Shown piece by piece: positions 1 to 8,595 of a stretch of DNA of 64,000 nt (positions are counted from its first letter, which is position 1; each line of letters opens with the position of its first letter). A model generated the notes under the pieces. That model had not been told where the DNA came from. It saw only the letters and a program-made list of their open reading frames with translations, and searched no databases. Location of the stretch: positions 3,083 to 67,082 of the forward strand of contig JBAZBH010000005.1 of the NCBI GenBank assembly GCA_041671565.1. Direction: 5' to 3'. This stretch comes from Patescibacteria group bacterium (lineage in GTDB: Bacteria; Patescibacteriota; Patescibacteriia; JACRDY01). The position numbers and the translations under genes were made by a program.

Positions 1-1413
1 ATTTTTCCCGAAGCCGATATTATATCGTATTCAGACAATCTTGTCGGCTCGGCGCCCCTTTACTCTATTTTTAGAATTATTGGCGGCGACCGAGAAACTT
101 CTTTTCAATGGTGGTTTGTTTTAATGGCAATTTTATCCTACTCAACTTGCTATTTATTTTTAAAAAATGTTTTCAAAAATAAATATGCCGCCGTACTGGG
201 AGCAATAGTTTTTGCCTTTTCCATGGCCTTGCAGTCTAAAATGGTACATGCCCAAAATTTCCCCCGATTTCCCATTCCGCTCGCTTTTTGGGCCGCTTAT
301 TTATTCATTGACGATTTTAAACCAAAATATTTTTTTGTCGCGCTCTTGATGGTTGTTTATCAGTTATACTGCGGCATTTATCTTGGCTTAATGTTAATGG
401 CTTCAATCGGCATAATGCTAATATTGATTATTTTATTTAACCGGCAGGTTTTGATGGAAAAATTAAAAGATACAAAATGGCTAATGTTTATTGGGGCGTC
501 AGTTTTGGTTAATATCCTGGCCATTCTCCCTTTAATGTTGCCTTATCTTAAAAGAGCGAAAGAAGTCGGGGAATATAGCTATGAAGGCATATTATCAACC
601 GTGCCAACACTGAAATCATTTTTCTTTAGTTCCGATGGAAGTATTTTTTGGAATTTTTTAAACCAAACCGGCATTAATTTGCCCGCTTGGTGGGATCATC
701 AAATTTTTGCCGGTGGCATTGCCACTCTAAGTATTTTACTTTTATTTTTTGTTACCATTAGTAAAATAATCAACCAAAATACTTTTAGTAAAATCAAACT
801 TGATAAAAAATTATTAATTTTAGCGCTTAGCGGATTAGTTACTTTTATTTTTTTTATCCGCTTTGGCGATTTTTCTTTTTACGGCGTCGTTTTTGCTTTT
901 CCGGGATTTAACGCCTTGCGTTCATTAACCAGAATTATAAATATAGAATTAATTTTTTATTCAATCGCTGTCGCTTATTTATTTAGCCTTATATTTAAAA
1001 AACAGAATTTAATCGCCGCGGTCGGTTTTATTTTATTAGCCGGCGCGCTGATCGCGGATAACTATTTCTGGACATCACCATACCAAAACGAAGTCTGGAT
1101 ACCGTATCGCATGGAAAAACAAATTTCTCAAACTCGGGTTAATAATTTGATTGCGAAGATGCAAGATATTCCGCCTAATTCAGTGGTCTCCTATGAACCA
1201 AATATCACAGCCTATGATCCCAATAAGCAAATAGAATATCAAGTTGACGCGATGCTCGCTTGCCAAACGCTTAATCTGAAATGTGTGAATGGCTATACTC
1301 TAACTGCGCCTCAGGGCTACGCGGATTATTGGGTTGAGATGAGCGCCGAATCGAGAAAGTCGTGGCTGAAATATAAAAATTTTAATTCAGATAATGTGTA
1401 TATTGTGCATTAA
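1..1413 (+). CDS. polytopic membrane protein, 5'-truncated at window edge (GT-C/YfhO-like membrane glycosyltransferase-type topology, family uncertain)
   Basis: Reading frame of ORF 124..1413 remains open back to nt 1 (IFPEADIISYSDNLVGSAPLY... no stop), so the gene starts upstream of the window; many hydrophobic segments; no family-specific motif recognised. Confidence 0.4.
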   Translation: MFPEADIISYSDNLVGSAPLYSIFRIIGGDRETSFQWWFVLMAILSYSTCYLFLKNVFKNKYAAVLGAIVFAFSMALQSKMVHAQNFPRFPIPLAFWAAYLFIDDFKPKYFFVALLMVVYQLYCGIYLGLMLMASIGIMLILIILFNRQVLMEKLKDTKWLMFIGASVLVNILAILPLMLPYLKRAKEVGEYSYEGILSTVPTLKSFFFSSDGSIFWNFLNQTGINLPAWWDHQIFAGGIATLSILLLFFVTISKIINQNTFSKIKLDKKLLILALSGLVTFIFFIRFGDFSFYGVVFAFPGFNALRSLTRIINIELIFYSIAVAYLFSLIFKKQNLIAAVGFILLAGALIADNYFWTSPYQNEVWIPYRMEKQISQTRVNNLIAKMQDIPPNSVVSYEPNITAYDPNKQIEYQVDAMLACQTLNLKCVNGYTLTAPQGYADYWVEMSAESRKSWLKYKNFNSDNVYIVH

Positions 1414-1462
1414 CAAAGTAAAATAACCTTTTTTATTTACCGTCCCAACTAATCTAACCTTT

Positions 1463-2986
1463 ATGAAAATCGTGGTGATTATCGGCGCTGGCCCGGCCGG
1501 CTTGGGTGCGGCTTATGAGCTAGTCCAAAAATCTGATATTCGGCCGATTATTATTGAGAGTGATAGTCAAGTGGGCGGCATATCAAAAACCGTAGCCTAT
1601 AACGGCAACCGGATTGATATTGGCGGTCATCGTTTTTTTTCAAAATCAAAAAGAATCACGGATTTTTGGCAAGAAATTTTACCGCTGGAGCGGCGGGCCG
1701 ATAATGCCGGGCCTGATCCGGAAAAGGTTGATAAAGTTATGTTATTAAGGCGGCGATTGTCTCGCATTTTTTTCTTGCGAAAATTTTTTAGCTATCCCGT
1801 TGATTTAAGTTTTAATACTTTAAAGAATCTAGGAATAGTCAGAACTGCCAGAATTATTTTTAGTTATTTGCAAATTAGACTATGGCCGATAAAGAATGAA
1901 AAATCTTTGGCCGATTTTTTTAGCAATCGTTTTGGCCGAGAATTATACTTAACTTTTTTTAAAGATTATACGGAAAAACTTTGGGGCGTGTCTTGCTCGG
2001 AAATAAAACCGGAGTGGGGCGCGCAGCGGATCAAAGGGCTTTCAATCACCGAGGCGATGCGGCATATTTTTAAGAACGGATTAATTTTTAAGTTTTTGTT
2101 TAAACAAAATAAAACCGAGACCAGCTTAATTGATAGTTTTTGGTACCCAAAACTTGGGCCGGGACAAATGTATGAAACCGTGGCGGAAATTATTAAGAAT
2201 AAAGGCGGAGAAATTAATTTGAATCAGCAAGTAGTGGGCCTAGAAAGAAGCGGGCAGGCGATTACCGGAGTGAAAATAAAAAATTTATTAACCGGCGAGG
2301 TGTTTTTTAGACCGGTGGATTATGTTATTTCCAGTATGCCGATTCAAGACTTGATTGTAAATTTAACTCCGGCGGCCCCAGACAATATATTAGCCGTTGC
2401 TCGAGGGTTGTGTTACCGCGATTTTATTACTGTTGGCTTACTGTTGAACAAACTAAAAATTAAAAATGAAACCAAAATTAAAACATTTAATAACCTTATT
2501 CCTGATAATTGGATTTATATTCAAGAAAAAGAGGTTAAAGTCGGGCGATTGCAAATCTTTAATAATTGGAGCCCCTATTTAGTAAAAAACAAAAATAATG
2601 TGTGGCTTGGCATGGAGTATTTCGGAAATTTTAATGATGATTTATTCAGTAAAAATGATGAAGAGTTTAAAAAATTTGCTATTGACGAGTTAGCCAAGAT
2701 TGATATTATTAATCAGGAAGATGTTTTGGATAGTTGTATTATTAGGACGGCCAAAGCCTATCCAGCTTACTTTGGCGCCTACGATCGGTTTAATGAAATC
2801 AAAGATTTTGTTAACAATTTTAAAAATTTATTTCTAATCGGCCGGAACGGCATGCATCGTTATAATAATATGGATCACTCAATTTTGTCCGGCTTTACCG
2901 CGGCGGATAATATTATTAATGATATTAGCGATAAAAACAATTTGTGGAATATAAATACTGAAGAGGAATACCATGAAAGCGAATAG
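1463..2986 (+). CDS. FAD/NAD(P)-binding oxidoreductase (amine-oxidase/phytoene-desaturase-like fold)
   Basis: N-terminal Rossmann dinucleotide motif [20 protein letters not shown] followed by GGISKT...DIGGHRFF, typical of FAD-dependent oxidoreductases. Confidence 0.6.
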   Translation: MKIVVIIGAGPAGLGAAYELVQKSDIRPIIIESDSQVGGISKTVAYNGNRIDIGGHRFFSKSKRITDFWQEILPLERRADNAGPDPEKVDKVMLLRRRLSRIFFLRKFFSYPVDLSFNTLKNLGIVRTARIIFSYLQIRLWPIKNEKSLADFFSNRFGRELYLTFFKDYTEKLWGVSCSEIKPEWGAQRIKGLSITEAMRHIFKNGLIFKFLFKQNKTETSLIDSFWYPKLGPGQMYETVAEIIKNKGGEINLNQQVVGLERSGQAITGVKIKNLLTGEVFFRPVDYVISSMPIQDLIVNLTPAAPDNILAVARGLCYRDFITVGLLLNKLKIKNETKIKTFNNLIPDNWIYIQEKEVKVGRLQIFNNWSPYLVKNKNNVWLGMEYFGNFNDDLFSKNDEEFKKFAIDELAKIDIINQEDVLDSCIIRTAKAYPAYFGAYDRFNEIKDFVNNFKNLFLIGRNGMHRYNNMDHSILSGFTAADNIINDISDKNNLWNINTEEEYHESE

Positions 2987-3060
2987 TTTGCGCTAGCTGA
3001 TACCCGACCGGCCGGAGAAGGTTTATTGTGAAGACTGCTACCGTAAAGAAATCTATTAAA

Positions 3061-3128
3061 ATCACATAACACATAACATGGAACAAGCCCTGGATAGCAG
3101 TTTTGTTATGTGTTCCATGTTATGTGAT
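3061..3128. repeat. imperfect hairpin repeat element copy 1 (25-nt arm ATCACATAACACATAACATGGAACA), MITE-like
   Basis: Left arm identical over 25 nt to the copy at 35900..35968; right arm TGTTATGTGTTCCATGTTATGTGAT is largely its reverse complement; intergenic. Confidence 0.55.
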
Positions 3129-3192
3129 TTTCATGTCATGTTATTTCCGTGTTATACTGAATTTACTTGTTAATAATTAATATATTGTCTTT

Positions 3193-3423
3193 ATGAAAGA
3201 CCTCTACCACGGCCTTAATGGCGCCGTCCGCGAGTTGGTTTGGTTTCTGCTCCTGCAGAGTTTATTTCTCTTTGTCTTCGCGGTTTTGGTTTTGTTTTAC
3301 CCTTATTTTTTGGTAATTCTGGTGGCTTTTCTTTTGATCTGTCTTTCGGTGCTTAGCTGCTACTTTGGCATTCGAGTCTATCTGGGTAAACGAAAGATAG
3401 AAAAAATTATTAAGAATTTCTAG
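3193..3423 (+). CDS. small hypothetical membrane protein (2 predicted TM helices)
   Basis: 76-aa ORF with two long hydrophobic stretches; no recognised motif. Confidence 0.3.
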   Translation: MKDLYHGLNGAVRELVWFLLLQSLFLFVFAVLVLFYPYFLVILVAFLLICLSVLSCYFGIRVYLGKRKIEKIIKNF

Positions 3424-3426
3424 CGC

Positions 3427-3455
3427 TTGACAACGGCTAAGGCATTTGGTAAACT
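3427..3455 (+). promoter_or_regulatory. sigma70-like promoter of the isc operon (TTGACA-17-TAAACT)
   Basis: TTGACA at 3427..3432, 17-nt spacer, TAAACT at 3450..3455, about 35 nt upstream of the Rrf2 start. Confidence 0.4.
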
Positions 3456-3458
3456 TTA

Positions 3459-3483
3459 AACACCTACTAGATTAGTAGGTGTT
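3459..3483. promoter_or_regulatory. perfect 11-bp-arm palindrome AACACCTACTA-GAT-TAGTAGGTGTT overlapping the RBS; candidate Rrf2/IscR operator or leader hairpin
   Basis: Exact inverted repeat between the promoter and the Rrf2 ATG at 3490; AGGTG RBS lies inside the right arm. Confidence 0.4.
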
Positions 3484-3489
3484 TACTTT

Positions 3490-3885
3490 ATGAAATTTTC
3501 CACCAAAAGCAGTTACGGCCTGCGGGCGATGATTCAGCTGGCGCGGCACTACCGCGGCGGCAGTTTGTCGCTGGGTGAGATTTCCCGCCGGGAAAAGATT
3601 TCTCTTGGTTATCTGGAGAAAATTATGGCGAGCCTGAAAAGCGCCAAACTGGTTGACAGCGCGGCGGGGATTAAAGGCGGTTATATGCTGACCGAATCAC
3701 CCGCAAAAATTTCCATTAAAGAAATCTTTGAAGCGTTGGAAGGTAGCGTCACGCCTTTTGCCTGCGCCGAAGCGGAAAGCTTTTGTACGGCCAAAGATTG
3801 TGGCGCGCGGCTGGTCTGGCAAAAGCTTAACCAAGCGATCAAAAAAACTTTAAAGCAAATAACTTTAGCTGAAATTATTAAATAA
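3490..3885 (+). CDS. iscR: Rrf2-family transcriptional regulator (IscR-like, Fe-S cluster-binding)
   Basis: N-terminal Rrf2 HTH (MKFSTKSSYGLRAMIQLA), C-terminal cysteine cluster CAEAESFCTAKDC, immediately upstream of iscU and the cysteine desulfurase. Confidence 0.75.
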   Translation: MKFSTKSSYGLRAMIQLARHYRGGSLSLGEISRREKISLGYLEKIMASLKSAKLVDSAAGIKGGYMLTESPAKISIKEIFEALEGSVTPFACAEAESFCTAKDCGARLVWQKLNQAIKKTLKQITLAEIIK

Positions 3886-3893
3886 TATTATAT

Positions 3894-4292
3894 ATGTTAT
3901 ACAACAAAACCATCATGGACCACTTTTTGCACCCGCGGAATATGGGCGTGATCAAAAAGCCCGACGGGTTGGGCGAAGCCGGCAATCCGGTTTGCGGCGA
4001 TATCATGAAGCTGTATTTGAAAATCAAAAAACAGGGGAAAAAAGAAATTATTGCGGAGGTGAAGTTTGAAACTCTCGGTTGCGCGACAGCGATTGCCAAC
4101 TCTTCGGTCTTAACCGAGATGATTAAGGGTCGGGAAATTAAAGACGCGCTAGCAATCAGCTGTCAGGATATTATCAAAAAACTCGGCGGCGATGTGCCGA
4201 AGATCAAGATTCACTGTTCGTTTCTGGCGCAAGAGGCGTTGAAGAAGGCGGTGGAGAACTATCATAAAAACACAAGAACATTAAAACATTAA
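3894..4292 (+). CDS. iscU: Fe-S cluster assembly scaffold IscU/NifU-like
   Basis: HPRNMG...AGNPVCGD...LGCATAIANSS...IKIHCSFLA, the three conserved Cys of IscU/SufU scaffolds. Confidence 0.85.
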   Translation: MLYNKTIMDHFLHPRNMGVIKKPDGLGEAGNPVCGDIMKLYLKIKKQGKKEIIAEVKFETLGCATAIANSSVLTEMIKGREIKDALAISCQDIIKKLGGDVPKIKIHCSFLAQEALKKAVENYHKNTRTLKH

Positions 4293-4308
4293 AACAAAAG
4301 AACAAGCT

Positions 4309-5247
4309 ATGATAAAAAGAAGCATACCAAAAACTAAATTGTCAAAAGGTGATTTTATTAAAATACTCTCATGCTATAATTTGGGAGAATTTAAGAGCGC
4401 CAAATATTTTACTCATGGATGGGTCAATACCACGGTTTTATTAGAAACAACTAAAGGCAAGTTTGTTTTAAGATATTATGAGAATCGGTCGGCCAGGCAT
4501 GTTTTATATGAAGTAAATATTTTGAATTATTTAAAAAAGAAAAATTTCCCCGTGGCGGTTCCATTACAAAATTCAGCTGGCAAATTTATCGGCCAGTACA
4601 AATCAAAACCATATATTATTATTGAGTATATTGATGCCAAGTCAATCAAAAATCCAAATAATATTTCTAGCCGCGAAGAATTATCCGAGGTGATTAAAGT
4701 TGTGGCGAAACTGCATAATATTACAAAAAAGTATAAACCAAATTATGCCAGTTATCATCAGAAGCAAGATATTAAGCATTGTTTGGAAGAATATAAAAAA
4801 CATCCTAGAAAGTTACAAAAGAAAGTAAGAGAAGGTTGGTTTAAAAATGAATTGGCTAAATTAGAGTTGCCAGCTGCTTTACCTAAAGGTGTCTGTCATG
4901 CTGACTTAAACAACACAAATTTTCTTTTTAAAAATAGACAAGTAGTCGTTTTATTGGATTTTGATGTTAGTTTTTATACTTACTTAATTTTTGATGTCGC
5001 TAATCTGATATACTGGTGGGCTTGGTCTCCCAAGAAAGGATTTGATATGGATCTAGTTAATTATATCGTGAAGCAGTATTCAAAACATAGAAAATTAAAT
5101 AACCTTGAGCAGAATCATATTTACGATGCCTTAAAGTTGATAATTCTTTTGGGCATTAGCTGGTCCGAAGACGGTGATTTTGAGCCGGAAAAGAAAAAAA
5201 TTGAGCAACTTAATTCATTAGGCAGAGAAGTATTTTCAAAAATATGA
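4309..5247 (+). CDS. phosphotransferase (APH/choline-kinase-like) family protein
   Basis: Brenner motif CHADLNNTNFLF and DFD motif (VVLLDFDVS) of aminoglycoside-phosphotransferase-fold kinases. Confidence 0.55.
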   Translation: MIKRSIPKTKLSKGDFIKILSCYNLGEFKSAKYFTHGWVNTTVLLETTKGKFVLRYYENRSARHVLYEVNILNYLKKKNFPVAVPLQNSAGKFIGQYKSKPYIIIEYIDAKSIKNPNNISSREELSEVIKVVAKLHNITKKYKPNYASYHQKQDIKHCLEEYKKHPRKLQKKVREGWFKNELAKLELPAALPKGVCHADLNNTNFLFKNRQVVVLLDFDVSFYTYLIFDVANLIYWWAWSPKKGFDMDLVNYIVKQYSKHRKLNNLEQNHIYDALKLIILLGISWSEDGDFEPEKKKIEQLNSLGREVFSKI

Positions 5248-5519
5248 AGATAAAAAATAAAAAAATCATTAAAACTAATCGAGCCAAAATGATTGATAAA
5301 AAGTTGGTGCAAAAGGCGCTGGCTTTGATTCGGCCGAGCCTGCAAGCGCATGGCGGGAATGTTAAGTTGGTGGCAATTAACCAGAAGCAGGGATTAGTGA
5401 AAGTTAAACTGCAGGGTATGTGTGTCGGTTGCGCCATGGCGGAAATTACTTTACAACAGGGAATTGCCGAATTTTTGAAAAAAGAAGTGAAAGGAGTTAA
5501 GAAAGTGGAAGGCATTTAG
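5244..5519 (+). CDS. NifU C-terminal domain / Nfu-type Fe-S cluster carrier
   Basis: GGNVKLVAI...VKVKLQGMCVGCAMAEITLQQGIAEFLKKEV, matching the Nfu/NifU_C CxxC pattern; ATGA overlap with the upstream gene. Confidence 0.6.
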   Translation: MKIKNKKIIKTNRAKMIDKKLVQKALALIRPSLQAHGGNVKLVAINQKQGLVKVKLQGMCVGCAMAEITLQQGIAEFLKKEVKGVKKVEGI

Positions 5520-5631
5520 AAATAATTAAAAATTAAAAATTAATAATTAAGAATTGAAAGACCGTGTTGTAGGGGCGGACCCATGTGTCCGCCTGGAAAT
5601 AGTTAAAAGGCTAAAATAGAAAGTTAATAAT

Positions 5632-6810
5632 ATGGTTAGTAAAATATATTTTGATCATGCCGCGACCACGCCGGTCGATGGGGCGGTGTTAAAGGTGATG
5701 TTGCCGTACTTTGGCGACAAATTTGGCAATCCGTCTTCGCTCCATGGCTTTGGCCAAGAAGCGGCCGGCGGAACGGAAACGGCGCGAGAACAAGTGGCTC
5801 AGTTTCTCGGTTGCCAGCCGGCAGAAGTGATTTTTACTGCCGGCGCCAGCGAGGCGGACAATTTGGCGATTCAGGGAATAGTTCGGGGTAGTAAAGTTGA
5901 TTGCCCGCAGATTATTACTTCCACTATTGAACATCCGGCGATTTTGGAAGTCTGCCGAGCGCTCGCGAAAGAGGGGAAAGCGACGGTTGATTTCGTTAAA
6001 GTTAATCGTCTCGGTTTAGTTGAAGTAAAAGAAGTGGAAAAATTAATCACCGACAAAACGGTTTTAGTTTCTATTATGTACGCCAATAACGAGATTGGCA
6101 CGATTCAGCCGATCGCTGAAATTGGCAAATTAATTAAGCAATTAAATTTAAAACGGCAGAATAAGATTTATTTTCATACTGACGCGGTACAAGCGGTTAA
6201 TTATCTAAATTGCCGAGTTGATGAGCTTGGTGTAGATATGTTGTCCTTGTCTGGTCACAAGATTTATGGCCCCAAAGGTGTCGGGGTTTTATTTGTCCGG
6301 GCGAAAACGCTGATTAAACCGATCCAATTTGGCGGGCATCAAGAATATGGTTTGCGGCCGGGGACTGAGAATTCGGCGGCAATTGTCGGTTTGGGCAAGG
6401 CGATTGAACTGGTTAATAGCGCCAAGCGGTCAGCGGAGAATAAAAAAATTAAAAAAATGAGGGACGAACTACTCGCCGGCATTTTAAAAAATATTCCAGA
6501 CGCTAAACTGAACGGCGACCCGGTTAAACGGTTGCCGAATAACTTAAATATTAGTTTTAAAAATATTGAAGGTGAAAGCGCGATGCTGATGCTTGATCTA
6601 GCAGGTATCGCGGTTAGCACCGGCTCGGCCTGCGCTTCCGGCTCCTTAGAGCCGTCGCATGTTTTGCTCGCTTTGGGGCTGAAACATTTGGACGCGCATG
6701 GCAGTTTGCGGATTTCATTAGGTAAAGGCAATACGGCGACAGAAGTTAAAAAGCTAGTCGCCGTGTTGCCGGGGATTATAAAAAAACTTCGGCAGATAGC
6801 GCCTAAATGA
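5632..6810 (+). CDS. iscS: cysteine desulfurase (IscS/NifS family, PLP-dependent)
   Basis: IYFDHAATTP N-terminus, SLSGHKIYGPKG PLP-lysine region, GSACASGSLEPSHVLLALG active-site Cys loop. Confidence 0.9.
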   Translation: MVSKIYFDHAATTPVDGAVLKVMLPYFGDKFGNPSSLHGFGQEAAGGTETAREQVAQFLGCQPAEVIFTAGASEADNLAIQGIVRGSKVDCPQIITSTIEHPAILEVCRALAKEGKATVDFVKVNRLGLVEVKEVEKLITDKTVLVSIMYANNEIGTIQPIAEIGKLIKQLNLKRQNKIYFHTDAVQAVNYLNCRVDELGVDMLSLSGHKIYGPKGVGVLFVRAKTLIKPIQFGGHQEYGLRPGTENSAAIVGLGKAIELVNSAKRSAENKKIKKMRDELLAGILKNIPDAKLNGDPVKRLPNNLNISFKNIEGESAMLMLDLAGIAVSTGSACASGSLEPSHVLLALGLKHLDAHGSLRISLGKGNTATEVKKLVAVLPGIIKKLRQIAPK

Positions 6811-6898
6811 GTCCGAAGTCCACAGTCCGGAGTCCCGAGGAAGCTCAGAGTTAATTAGCTCAAAGCTCGCTCCGGACTCTGGACTTCGGACTCAGGAC
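6811..6898. repeat. intergenic word-palindrome (GTCCGGAGTC / GACTCCGGAC words); likely terminator after iscS
   Basis: gtccgaagtccacagtccggagtcc ... gctccggactctggacttcggactcaggact forms a long inverted repeat; the same word family recurs at 47900..48005. Confidence 0.6.
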
Positions 6899-6939
6899 TA
6901 CTTCCAAAAAGGCAATGATTATGTTAGAATAATCTTCGT

Positions 6940-7332
6940 ATGGTATTAGCGAAATTAAATATTTGGGAGAGCGGCCTGCGCCGGCAATTGAAGTTGGTTT
7001 GGCTGCAAGATAAGATTATATTAGTCTTATTTTTTGTTAGTTTATTTTTAAACCTCGGGTTTTATTTGGCGATTTATTTTAGCATCCGGCCGACTGAGGC
7101 GTCGTTGGTGCTGCACTACTCGGTTTATTTCGGCATTGACTTGATCGGGCCGTGGTTCCAACTTTATTTAACGCCTTTGGTGGGCAGTTTTTTGGGGCTG
7201 ATAAACTTGGCGTTGGCTTTAATTTTTTATCAAAAAGAAAAAATCGCGGCTTATTTGCTGGCGGTGACGACTTTACTCCTGGAGATTTTTTTGTTGATTG
7301 GCGGCGGACTCTTAATTTTAGTTAATAGTTGA
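6940..7332 (+). CDS. hypothetical membrane protein (4 TM)
   Basis: 130-aa ORF, hydrophobic, no motif. Confidence 0.35.
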   Translation: MVLAKLNIWESGLRRQLKLVWLQDKIILVLFFVSLFLNLGFYLAIYFSIRPTEASLVLHYSVYFGIDLIGPWFQLYLTPLVGSFLGLINLALALIFYQKEKIAAYLLAVTTLLLEIFLLIGGGLLILVNS

Positions 7333-7336
7333 GAAG

Positions 7337-7505
7337 GCTGCCAAACTACTTTTGCTGAAATTTGTCCTTTTCGGCTAAGGCTTCGTCAAGGTAGCGGTAA
7401 AATGATTTTCATCGTAGCGCGGCTATGACTCAAATCATTTTACCATCCTTTCCTCGCCTTAACCAAAAAGTCCTAAATTTCAGCTAAAAGCAGTTTGGTA
7501 GCCAT
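7337..7505. repeat. structured repeat element family A, copy 1 (conserved core GGCTAAGGCTTCGTCA..AAAATG..CGTAGC..CATTTT, flanked by a long inverted repeat)
   Basis: Core is shared with 32280..32450; outer arms gctgccaaactacttttgctgaaatttg / caaatttcagctaaaagcagtttggtagcc pair with each other but differ from the arms of copy 2 (compensatory change). Confidence 0.55.
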
Positions 7506-7516
7506 CTCTTAAATTT

Positions 7517-8587
7517 ATGATTGGTTTTTTTGCCATCAAAATTGCCGTTTTGACGACACTGGGGTTCGCGGTGGCGCTCCTTTGGACGCCGCTCTTGACC
7601 CATTTTTTGTATAAATATAAATGTTGGAAAAAAACCGTCCGCACCACAGCGCCGGACGGCGCCGGCACGCCGATATTTAACCAACTGCACCAGCACAAGG
7701 AAACCAATGTGCCGCGGATGGGCGGGCTATTAATTTGGGTGACGACTTTATTTTTGGCTTTTATTTTTTTGATCTTTTGCCCGATTTTCAGCACTTGTTC
7801 TTGGCTCCAGAGCTTAAGCTTTCTCAACCGCGCCGAGACTTGGCTGCCGCTGTTCACTCTGGTCAGCGCTTCACTGATTGGCCTCCTTGATGACATTTTG
7901 GTGGTGCGGGGTTTTGGCGAGAAGGGCAAAGGCGGGGGAATCCGCTTTCGCCATCGTTTGCTGCTCGTTTCGTTGATCGGTTTAATCGGCGGTTGGTGGT
8001 TTTACTTCAAATTGGATTGGGACTCAATCCATATCTTGTTTGATGGCTCGCTGGCGCTCGGTTGGCTGTTTATCCCATTTTTTATTTTGGTGATGATCGC
8101 GATGTTCAGTACCAGCGTGACTGACGGACTGGACGGCCTGGCCGGCGGGTTGTTTATGATTATGTTCGTCGCTTATGGCGCGATTGCTTTTGCCGGCGGC
8201 AAGGTTGACTTGGCGGCTTTTTGCGGCGTGATTGCGGGCACCCTGGCGGCTTTTCTCTGGTTTAATATTCCGCCGGCCAGATTTTATATGACCGAAACAG
8301 GAATTTTGGGTCTCACCACCACTCTCGCGGTTGTGGCTTTTCTGACCAACGCGGTTTTACTTTTGCCAATTATCGCCTTCGTGCCGCTGGCCGAATCCGG
8401 CTCGGTGATTATTCAGCTCTTGTCCAAAAAATTTCGAGGCAAAAAAGTCTTCCTCTCTTCACCCTTGCACCATCACTTGGAGGCCAAGGGCTGGCCCGAA
8501 GCCAAAGTGGTGATGCGGTTTTGGCTGATTGGCGGGGTGACCGCTATTATTGGCGTGGCGCTGTTTCTTCTAGACAAGACTTTTTAG
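7517..8587 (+). CDS. mraY: phospho-N-acetylmuramoyl-pentapeptide transferase MraY
   Basis: Polytopic membrane protein with MraY motifs LIGLLDDILVV and STSVTDGLDGLAGG. Confidence 0.8.
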   Translation: MIGFFAIKIAVLTTLGFAVALLWTPLLTHFLYKYKCWKKTVRTTAPDGAGTPIFNQLHQHKETNVPRMGGLLIWVTTLFLAFIFLIFCPIFSTCSWLQSLSFLNRAETWLPLFTLVSASLIGLLDDILVVRGFGEKGKGGGIRFRHRLLLVSLIGLIGGWWFYFKLDWDSIHILFDGSLALGWLFIPFFILVMIAMFSTSVTDGLDGLAGGLFMIMFVAYGAIAFAGGKVDLAAFCGVIAGTLAAFLWFNIPPARFYMTETGILGLTTTLAVVAFLTNAVLLLPIIAFVPLAESGSVIIQLLSKKFRGKKVFLSSPLHHHLEAKGWPEAKVVMRFWLIGGVTAIIGVALFLLDKTF

Positions 8588-8595
8588 AATTATAT

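Noticed and set aside
3000-3190. Possible small ORF (65 aa, minus strand, 2875..3072) in the region of the first MITE-like hairpin
   Set aside because: Overlaps the 3' end of the oxidoreductase gene and the hairpin repeat; no coding signal.
8521-8595. Track start of the RM ORF overlapping the 3' end of mraY (MADWRGDRYYWRG...)
   Set aside because: The extension overlaps mraY in another frame and has no RBS. The first ATG after the mraY stop (8596, MNEEFTKNYL) gives a sensible N-terminus.
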